Source: Pseudobutyrivibrio sp. UBA1225
GTDB lineage: Bacteria > Bacillota > Clostridia > Lachnospirales > Lachnospiraceae
Assembly: GCA_002309345.1 (NCBI GenBank)
Contig: DBWZ01000094.1
Span: 13,950-77,949, forward strand
Direction of reading: 5' to 3'
DNA: 64,000 bases
A model generated the notes under the pieces. It saw only the letters and a list, made by a program, of their open reading frames with translations. It was not told the origin of the DNA and made no database searches. Position 1 is the stretch's first letter. Every line of letters starts with the position of its first letter. A program made the position numbers and the translations under genes. Shown piece by piece: positions 57,354 to 64,000 of this stretch.

Positions 57354-59987
57354 ATGTATATGGAACAATACAACGTTACAGGCATGAGCTGTGCGGCATG
57401 TCAGGCCAGAGTGGAAAAGGCTGTAAGTGAAGTTCCTGGAGTGGAAAACTGTGCAGTGAGTCTACTTACTAACTCAATGGGAGTAGAGGGAACAGCTGAT
57501 GCTGCAGATATAATCAAAGCTGTTGAGCAGGCAGGCTATGGAGCAAGCTTAAAGAGCAACCTAAGCAGCGCTGATAGTGGTCTTGGTACCACCGTCGATG
57601 GCTTCACGCCAAATTATGATAATGAATTAAAAGATTTAGAGACGCCAGTTATCAAAAAGAGACTCGTTGCGTCTCTAGTTTTATTGCTTCCACTTATGTA
57701 TGTAAGCATGGGCCATACCATGTGGAACTGGAAATTGCCAGGATTTTTGGATGGCAATCCAGTTGGTATAGGAATCACCCAGTTGATTTTGGCTATGCTT
57801 GTGATGGTCATCAACCAAAAGTTCTTTACAAGTGGTTTTAGAGGTCTCATCCACCGAGCTCCTAACATGGACACTTTGGTGGCGCTTGGATCTGCAGCGT
57901 CGTATCTATACAGCGTTTATGGATTATATGAAATGACACTTGCCCAGTTGGCGGGAGATTCAACAAGGGTGCATCAGTGGCATCACGACTTATATTTTGA
58001 ATCTGCAGCGATGATTCTCACCTTGATTACAGTAGGTAAGCTTTTGGAATCTATATCAAAGGGGCGCACAACAAATGCTCTCAAAGAATTGATGAAGCTT
58101 ACTCCGAAGACGGCAATCCTAATCAAAGATGGAATCGAAAAGGTTGTTCCTATCCAGCAGGTTAAAATAAAGGATCAATTTGTTGTAAAAGCAGGAGACA
58201 ACATCCCAGTGGATGGAGTGGTAATCGACGGTGATGGTGCGGTAAACGAATCCGCCCTCACGGGAGAGAGCATCCCTGTTGATAAAACGGTAGGCGATAC
58301 AGTTTCTGCGGCAACCATCAACGAAAGTGGATATATGGTCTGTGAGGCAACACGAGTTGGAAAGGACACAACTCTAGCCCAGATCATTCAAATGGTAAGC
58401 GATGCAGCAGCAACCAAGGCACCTATTGCCAAGGTGGCAGATAAGGTATCGGGAGTGTTCGTTCCAGTAGTTATCGTAATTGCGATAATAACTTTAATCA
58501 TTTGGTTACTAGTAGGACAGCCTTTTGGTTATGCTCTTGCAAGAGCCATATCAGTTCTTGTAATTAGCTGTCCATGTGCTCTTGGGCTTGCGACTCCTGT
58601 GGCAATCATGGTTGGAAATGGCATGGGCGCCAAGCATGGCATCATGTTCAAAACAGCAGTTTCCCTTGAACAAACAGGCAAGGTTCAAATCGTAGCATTA
58701 GATAAAACAGGTACAATCACCAAGGGCGAGCCAAAGGTCCTTGGTGCCTTCCAAGGGGATGACGTTGACGATGTAGATTTACTTCAAGCAGCTTTTGCCC
58801 TAGAGAACAAATCAAATCATCCTTTGGCCAAGGCAATAGTAGAGTACTGCTACGAGCTTGGACTTGAGCCAAACGAAGCGGAACAGTTTGAAAACTTATC
58901 TGGCAGTGGACTGAAGGCGGTTTTAGATGGCAAGAAAATCTACGGAGGCAATCTAGAGTTTATAACTTCATATATAAATGTTCCTGAAAAGGATATAAGT
59001 CTTGCTGATAAGCTTTCCGAAAATGGTGAGACGCCATTATTCTTCGCAAGTGAAGATAGATTTTTAGGAATCATATCTGTAGCAGATGTGATTAAGGATG
59101 ATTCTCCAGAGGCAATCAAGCAGCTTAAAAATATGGGTATCCATGTGGTGATGCTCACTGGCGACAACGACAAGACGGCCAGAGCCATAGCCGAGGATGC
59201 AGGCGTGGACGAGGTGGTTGCAGGCGTCAAGCCTGATGGCAAAGAAGCAATCATAAGAGAGCTTCAGAAGCATGGGAAAGTGGCTATGGTGGGCGATGGC
59301 ATAAACGATGCGCCGGCTCTTACTAAGGCGGACATGGGAATAGCCATCGGCGCAGGCACAGATGTGGCTATAGACGCAGCAGATGTTGTTCTTATGAAAA
59401 GTCGACTCACGGATGTGGCGGCAGCCATCCGCCTCAGTCGGGCGACCTTAAAGAATATTCATGAGAATCTGTTTTGGGCGTTTTTCTATAACGTGATAGG
59501 AATTCCGCTAGCTGCGGGAGCTTATATACATGCCTTTGGGTGGACACTAAATCCGATGTTCGGCGCAGCAGCTATGAGCCTTTCTAGTTTTTGTGTGGTC
59601 ACAAATGCTTTGCGATTGAACCTAATTGATATTTATAACATCCGTAAAGATAGAAAAATAAAAGCTTCAATAGAGACGAATGAACTTTTAAGTAAAGATT
59701 TGTCGTCTGATTCTGATTCAATAGATGGAAACAAAAGATTTGTTGATGGAATTATAGTTGGAAAAAAGGAGGATATTTCAACCATGGAAATAACAGTAAA
59801 AGGTATGATGTGCCAGCATTGCGAGGCCCACGTGAAGGAAGCCTTGGAGAAAATCCCCGGTGTGGAAGAGGCAACAGCAAATCATGATGCTAGTCTTGTC
59901 ACACTCAAAACATCAGCTGACATTTCTGAGGCAGAACTTAAGGCTGCAGTGGAAGCTGCAGGCTACGAGTATGCAGGGATTAAATAA
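57354..59987 (+). CDS. copA: Copper-translocating P1B-type ATPase with N- and C-terminal HMA domains
   Basis: GMSCAAC, TGES, CPCALGLATP, DKTGT, GDGIND, YN..MSLSS (Cu+ type), C-terminal GMMCQHC. Confidence 0.88.
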   Translation: MYMEQYNVTGMSCAACQARVEKAVSEVPGVENCAVSLLTNSMGVEGTADAADIIKAVEQAGYGASLKSNLSSADSGLGTTVDGFTPNYDNELKDLETPVIKKRLVASLVLLLPLMYVSMGHTMWNWKLPGFLDGNPVGIGITQLILAMLVMVINQKFFTSGFRGLIHRAPNMDTLVALGSAASYLYSVYGLYEMTLAQLAGDSTRVHQWHHDLYFESAAMILTLITVGKLLESISKGRTTNALKELMKLTPKTAILIKDGIEKVVPIQQVKIKDQFVVKAGDNIPVDGVVIDGDGAVNESALTGESIPVDKTVGDTVSAATINESGYMVCEATRVGKDTTLAQIIQMVSDAAATKAPIAKVADKVSGVFVPVVIVIAIITLIIWLLVGQPFGYALARAISVLVISCPCALGLATPVAIMVGNGMGAKHGIMFKTAVSLEQTGKVQIVALDKTGTITKGEPKVLGAFQGDDVDDVDLLQAAFALENKSNHPLAKAIVEYCYELGLEPNEAEQFENLSGSGLKAVLDGKKIYGGNLEFITSYINVPEKDISLADKLSENGETPLFFASEDRFLGIISVADVIKDDSPEAIKQLKNMGIHVVMLTGDNDKTARAIAEDAGVDEVVAGVKPDGKEAIIRELQKHGKVAMVGDGINDAPALTKADMGIAIGAGTDVAIDAADVVLMKSRLTDVAAAIRLSRATLKNIHENLFWAFFYNVIGIPLAAGAYIHAFGWTLNPMFGAAAMSLSSFCVVTNALRLNLIDIYNIRKDRKIKASIETNELLSKDLSSDSDSIDGNKRFVDGIIVGKKEDISTMEITVKGMMCQHCEAHVKEALEKIPGVEEATANHDASLVTLKTSADISEAELKAAVEAAGYEYAGIK

Positions 59988-60140
59988 GAGACAAGAATAC
60001 AATCAAGATAATTTTTGAAAGAAATGATATGTGTTTGTAAAAGCTGATTTTGAGAGGAATGACTCATATATAGAATATTATGTCAATTCTCTGTTGATAG
60101 AAACTTTTTGCGATAATTCTGGAAAATAGTGCACTTTACA

Positions 60141-60167
60141 TAAAATATTCACACAACTAGCCGATAA
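60141..60167 (+). promoter_or_regulatory. Sigma28 (FliA/SigD)-type promoter
   Basis: TAAA-N15-GCCGATAA, exact consensus. Confidence 0.75.
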
Positions 60168-60254
60168 CATATGTTAGTATATATTATAGGTTAAAGTCCC
60201 GTCTGGGGAATGAGGGCCTTTAATCTGTGAGAGATTTATTGGAAGGGTTGTGGT

Positions 60255-61007
60255 TTGATGAAGAGATGTACCAAAAGAATTATGTGTATTTGCTATGCTT
60301 TGTTACTTGTCGGAGGAGGATGGTTTAATGTGTCGGACACTGCACAGGCCAAGCAGATAGCAAAGAGTTCAGAGAAGTCTAGGGTGGTAGTTATCGATCC
60401 TGGATATCAGCTGAAGGCAGATATGGGTAAGGAGCCTATAGGACCTGGAGCTTCGAAGGAAACTTACAACATGCTTAGTGGTGAGAAGAATAAATCTGCC
60501 GACTATACTGAGTATGAAATGAATCTTCAGATAGCATTTAAGCTTCAAAAAATGCTAGAGAAGGATGGCTATACGGTTATTCTTACTAGAACGGCTAACG
60601 ATGTTAATATCAGCAACAGTGGACGAGCGATGATTGCCAATATGGCAGATGCAGATATCTTTGTTGAAATCACAGCGTTGGGTGTTTACTCAAAGGCGGA
60701 CAGTGGAGTCGAGGTTATCTGTCAGTCAGATGATAATCCATACAATTATGGTAATTACGATAAATCTAGATTGCTATCCGATGCAGTTCTTGGTTCAACA
60801 ATTCAGGCAACTGGAAGCACTAAGAGTCAGGTCATTGAACAAGACGATGTGGCAATCATCAATTGGTGCGCAATTCCAACTACAGTCGTAGAGGTTGGTT
60901 CGTTGCTTGATAAGGACGATGCGGAAAAGCTTGTTACAGATGATTATCAAGAAGATCTTGCCAAAGGAATAGCCGCAGGAATTGAAAGCTATTTTGCACA
61001 GAAGTAA
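60255..61007 (+). CDS. Amidase_3 (N-acetylmuramoyl-L-alanine amidase) homolog, probably catalytically inactive
   Basis: Signal peptide; VVIDPGYQ, EYEMNL, TR..D, FVEITA, VVEVG; both Zn-ligand His positions are replaced. Confidence 0.85.
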   Translation: MMKRCTKRIMCICYALLLVGGGWFNVSDTAQAKQIAKSSEKSRVVVIDPGYQLKADMGKEPIGPGASKETYNMLSGEKNKSADYTEYEMNLQIAFKLQKMLEKDGYTVILTRTANDVNISNSGRAMIANMADADIFVEITALGVYSKADSGVEVICQSDDNPYNYGNYDKSRLLSDAVLGSTIQATGSTKSQVIEQDDVAIINWCAIPTTVVEVGSLLDKDDAEKLVTDDYQEDLAKGIAAGIESYFAQK

Positions 61008-61012
61008 AATTT

Positions 61013-61045
61013 CACCTCTATCTCGTGATGAGATAGAGGTGTTTT
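61013..61045. terminator. Bidirectional terminator between amidase and ORFan C
   Basis: CACCTCTATCTC-GTGAT-GAGATAGAGGTG-TTTT. Confidence 0.8.
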
Positions 61046-61061
61046 TACTTCAATAGGAATT

Positions 61062-63431
61062 TTAGTGTTTTTGTTTTAGATATATATGCGCTAGGGGTTT
61101 TTGAGTTTCATACTCCTGTGCTACTACATGTATAGGTAACGATTCTTTCCTTGGTGTAGTTAATGGTTCATGCGTAGGCAAGGTTGAATTATTGTAATCG
61201 TTTTTTAAAAAAGATTGACGGTAATCTTTTTCGGGATCAAACGTATGAGCGTAAAATAGAGTATTAGTAGTCGGTTCTTTTTGGGGTACGTTAATAGATG
61301 ATTCTATTTGGCGTCGTAAAAAGCCAGTTTTATTATATTTGTATATATCCTCGGTGAGTTTATTAAGTTTTTTATTTTTTATACCTTGGATAATATGAAA
61401 ATTATCATCGGTTATTTCCCAACGTTGTTGTAGTTTTTTTATTATTGTATTATTCTTTCTCATATCATATTTGTGACCTTCAATTATTTCTTGTATTTCC
61501 TTAGGAGCATCTTTAATAGCATGTTTAATATAAACTTTCTCTTGCTCGTCAACATCTTCAAATAATAACATAATATGGTTTGGATTAGTTGAGCTATTAT
61601 ATAAACCCTTTTTTTTAGAGTTCCTATTTTGGGTTATTATCTTTGATTTCTGTAATTTGACCAAGTTTTTATCTAACAAGTTGATGCATTTTTGGGCGGT
61701 ACTATTGTATTTATCTAAGGCGGATACGGCCATTAGGATGTCATGTATGTTAGTAATCTCATCTTGGGAGATGTTGAGAGTCTTCTTGATTTTATTTATA
61801 TGCTCTCTCATATGTGTTGAAAATGTCGAGTATTCTTCATTTATTCTTTCATAATTATCTTTTTTATCTTTAATACTATCTGTAAATTCTTTTTGGCTAT
61901 CAATTGGTTTTGATATATCATTATATAGATTCATAACATCAGATATGCAGTTATTTAAAACGTTTGATGATTGGTTAGCTAAGAGATACAATTTCTCTAT
62001 TGCTTCTTCAGTAATTTTCAAATCGTTATTATTAGATTCTGATGCTTTGTTAGACTTATTTAGCTTCTTTATTTCTTTATGCTTTTTTACACAAGCACCT
62101 ATTGTAGAATAAATGTCTTCACATAGTTTTTCCATTATATTAAGTGAACCATAACGCTGCCCACTTTCAAGTGGCCTATTATCTCGTGTCATTTTGTTAT
62201 AGAAAGTCTTATACAAATTGGCAGCTGATTCATCTGTATTAGTGTGGGAGGATTTATTGGAGCTGTCATTAGTAGGGTTTTTATAGTGAGATAATAATAA
62301 GTAGTTTGTGTAAATATCATACACTGCCTTATTGGCGTTAGTTAATATCACGTCAGTTTCGTTTTTCCATTTACGGTATTCGTTCCAAAAGAACTTAGAT
62401 GAATATTTAGTTCTAGAAGGAAAAAATGGCATTAATCTCTTTTTATTTTTTCGACTTCCATTTGACAGTTCTGATGTAATGACCGCTGGAGTAGGATTGT
62501 TATCTGAAATTGCTGAGATTGAGCCAATATATTGCCTTAAATCATTTGATATTTTTTGCTGTAGAGTTTCACTTTCTGCGCGAAGTTTATCGGATAATTC
62601 TTTCTTGCCTTCTGTCCAAGATTTTAAGTAATTTAAATTATCATCAGAATAATCTTTAGTAGCAAGTATTCTATGTTCTCTATCTTTTAGATTTTGATAA
62701 CTTTCCCATGCATTTTTTTCTTGTGCTTTGAGATCATTAATTTTTTGATTATATTCATTTTTTAAGTCTTTTAGATTAGAGTTACTAGCATTGGTTAAAT
62801 CAAGGTTATTCTCATTTATGTAGCTATCTAAATATCCCATAGCATTGCTATATAATTCAACCTCGTTAGCGAGGTGGTAAATAATTTCTGTCGCTGTTTG
62901 ATTAATAAATTCAAAATATATACCTAATGAGTTTGTGGTAGTTAGTTGTTTAATGGAATTAATATCAGTAGGGTCTAGTCTTTCAGATTTGTTTTTTATC
63001 GAGTCATAGTTTCTAACTATATCTTCTATAACTTCTATATCGGGCAAATTACTAGTATCGTCTGCATTATTTGTAGTAGTTTGCGTGTTATCAATTTTCT
63101 TCCATAATGAATTACAGCTTTTAATTATTTCATTTGCATAAATCATATGGTTAACTAAGAGTTTTAGTTTTTGTTTGTAAACGTCTACTATAGAATTAAA
63201 CATTTCGCCATTCTCAAATTTGGAAAGAGGCATAATTTCCTCTAAATCTTTTAATGCGTTTGAAATAGTAATATGATTTTTTTGTTCATTAAAAAAATAA
63301 GCTTGACATTTGCTTATAATATTATTTCCTTCAGTAATGAAGTTGTCTCTAATATGCTGAAATTTTTCCAAAAGCATGTCGGTATCTGCTATCGTATCAG
63401 TGTTATTTAAATAATATTCATTATTAGGCAT
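61062..63431 (-). CDS. ORFan C: 789-aa N/K-rich helical/coiled-coil protein, no signal peptide or TM
   Basis: Long AT-rich ORF, AAGGAGG SD, P/T-rich tail. Confidence 0.75.
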   Translation of the reverse strand: MPNNEYYLNNTDTIADTDMLLEKFQHIRDNFITEGNNIISKCQAYFFNEQKNHITISNALKDLEEIMPLSKFENGEMFNSIVDVYKQKLKLLVNHMIYANEIIKSCNSLWKKIDNTQTTTNNADDTSNLPDIEVIEDIVRNYDSIKNKSERLDPTDINSIKQLTTTNSLGIYFEFINQTATEIIYHLANEVELYSNAMGYLDSYINENNLDLTNASNSNLKDLKNEYNQKINDLKAQEKNAWESYQNLKDREHRILATKDYSDDNLNYLKSWTEGKKELSDKLRAESETLQQKISNDLRQYIGSISAISDNNPTPAVITSELSNGSRKNKKRLMPFFPSRTKYSSKFFWNEYRKWKNETDVILTNANKAVYDIYTNYLLLSHYKNPTNDSSNKSSHTNTDESAANLYKTFYNKMTRDNRPLESGQRYGSLNIMEKLCEDIYSTIGACVKKHKEIKKLNKSNKASESNNNDLKITEEAIEKLYLLANQSSNVLNNCISDVMNLYNDISKPIDSQKEFTDSIKDKKDNYERINEEYSTFSTHMREHINKIKKTLNISQDEITNIHDILMAVSALDKYNSTAQKCINLLDKNLVKLQKSKIITQNRNSKKKGLYNSSTNPNHIMLLFEDVDEQEKVYIKHAIKDAPKEIQEIIEGHKYDMRKNNTIIKKLQQRWEITDDNFHIIQGIKNKKLNKLTEDIYKYNKTGFLRRQIESSINVPQKEPTTNTLFYAHTFDPEKDYRQSFLKNDYNNSTLPTHEPLTTPRKESLPIHVVAQEYETQKPLAHIYLKQKH

Positions 63432-63568
63432 TTTTCTTTCCTCCTTATAATGTTCATGTGTTATTGTCTACTATATAATTCAAAAAAAAATAGTGTTTTT
63501 TTCCATTGCAAGAAAAAAAGGACACAATGTGCCCTTTGTGAATATAAATACAAAACTAAAATCCATAA

Positions 63569-64000
63569 CTACAGTTCATATTTCGATTTTTTCTTCGTGA
63601 TTTCGTTCATGTAAGCTGCTGTGATAATACCAGTTGGGAGTGCAATCACAGCCATGCCCACTAGGGCGGATACCATGGTAATCATACGTCCAATCGGAGT
63701 TACTGGAGATATGTCGCCATATCCGATTGTTGTGATAGAAATGGTTGCCCAATACAAAGCATCAAAGAAAGTGTTGAACAAATTTGGCTCTAGTTGGAAG
63801 ACCAACATAGCGGATACAAAGATATAGATAACGATAAGGATAAGTACCGCGAACAGTTGCTTTTTTACCTTGCGCACAACGTTTGCGATAATGACCATCG
63901 TTTTGGAATATCGCACCAGCTTAAAGACTCTAAAGAATCTGAATAGTCTAAGTAAGGTGATTCTGTTTGTGACAGGTAAGAATAGATACGCAACAGGAAG
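63569..64000 (-). CDS. Potassium channel (6TM/ion-transport type), 5' part beyond the window
   Basis: TTIGYGD selectivity filter; frame open to 64000 and includes the S4-like LRLFRFFRVFKLVR. Confidence 0.9.
   Translation of the reverse strand, partial: LPVAYLFLPVTNRITLLRLFRFFRVFKLVRYSKTMVIIANVVRKVKKQLFAVLILIVIYIFVSAMLVFQLEPNLFNTFFDALYWATISITTIGYGDISPVTPIGRMITMVSALVGMAVIALPTGIITAAYMNEITKKKSKYEL

Noticed and set aside
61062-63431. Type VII (WXG100/LXG) substrate or SMC-like ATPase
   Set aside because: No WxG/LxG or YxxxD/E motif and no Walker A/B motif was recognisable.
233-63827. The many short ORFs antisense or off-frame within long genes (for example 5965-6369, 9652-10059, 32710-33240, 38050-38469, 46394-46840)
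   Set aside because: These are shadows of well-supported genes with no SD or recognisable motifs.
1-64000. rRNA, tRNA or tmRNA genes
   Set aside because: No intergenic segment shows cloverleaf or rRNA signatures.

Overview
Core-chromosome segment of an anaerobic Firmicute. Gene content, codon style and intergenic repeats suggest Lachnospiraceae, possibly Butyrivibrio/Pseudobutyrivibrio; this is an inference and no database search was run. Order of content: the 3' part of nrdD with a fused glutaredoxin-like domain; a PEP-synthase/PPDK-N-domain protein; a LysR gene divergent from a 8-gene operon (RidA, four-subunit flavin/Fe-S amine or amino-acid dehydrogenase, atypical P-II, APC permease, ornithine-cyclodeaminase-like enzyme); an XRE/membrane pair; reverse rubrerythrin; an MCP; two c-di-GMP enzymes; two candidate sRNAs; an esterase/acyltransferase/Zn-ribbon module; a stand-alone crotonase; an AT-rich patch of ORFans and tandem secreted paralogs; ileS (type 2); glgP; a CPBP protease; a Ca-binding-motif protein; a sugar-sensing two-component system with a ChvE/GguAB-type ABC transporter; araA-tal-araB-araD; an XRE-MNT/HEPN toxin-antitoxin pair; a CDF transporter; a lipoprotein; copA; a probably inactive amidase behind a sigma28-type promoter; a large coiled-coil ORFan; and a partial K+ channel. 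No rRNA, tRNA, CRISPR array, prophage or intact transposase was seen. The leading candidates for something new are (i) a shared upstream motif (TGGAAA-N16/17-TTGAWT-TATA) in front of five AT-rich orphan or secreted genes at two loci 35 kb apart, (ii) the putative nitrogen-scavenging amine dehydrogenase operon, whose two divergent leaders both carry a CAAAGGCG motif overlapping a terminator, and (iii) a sigma28-linked pseudo-amidase. All functional calls rest on motif recognition by eye.
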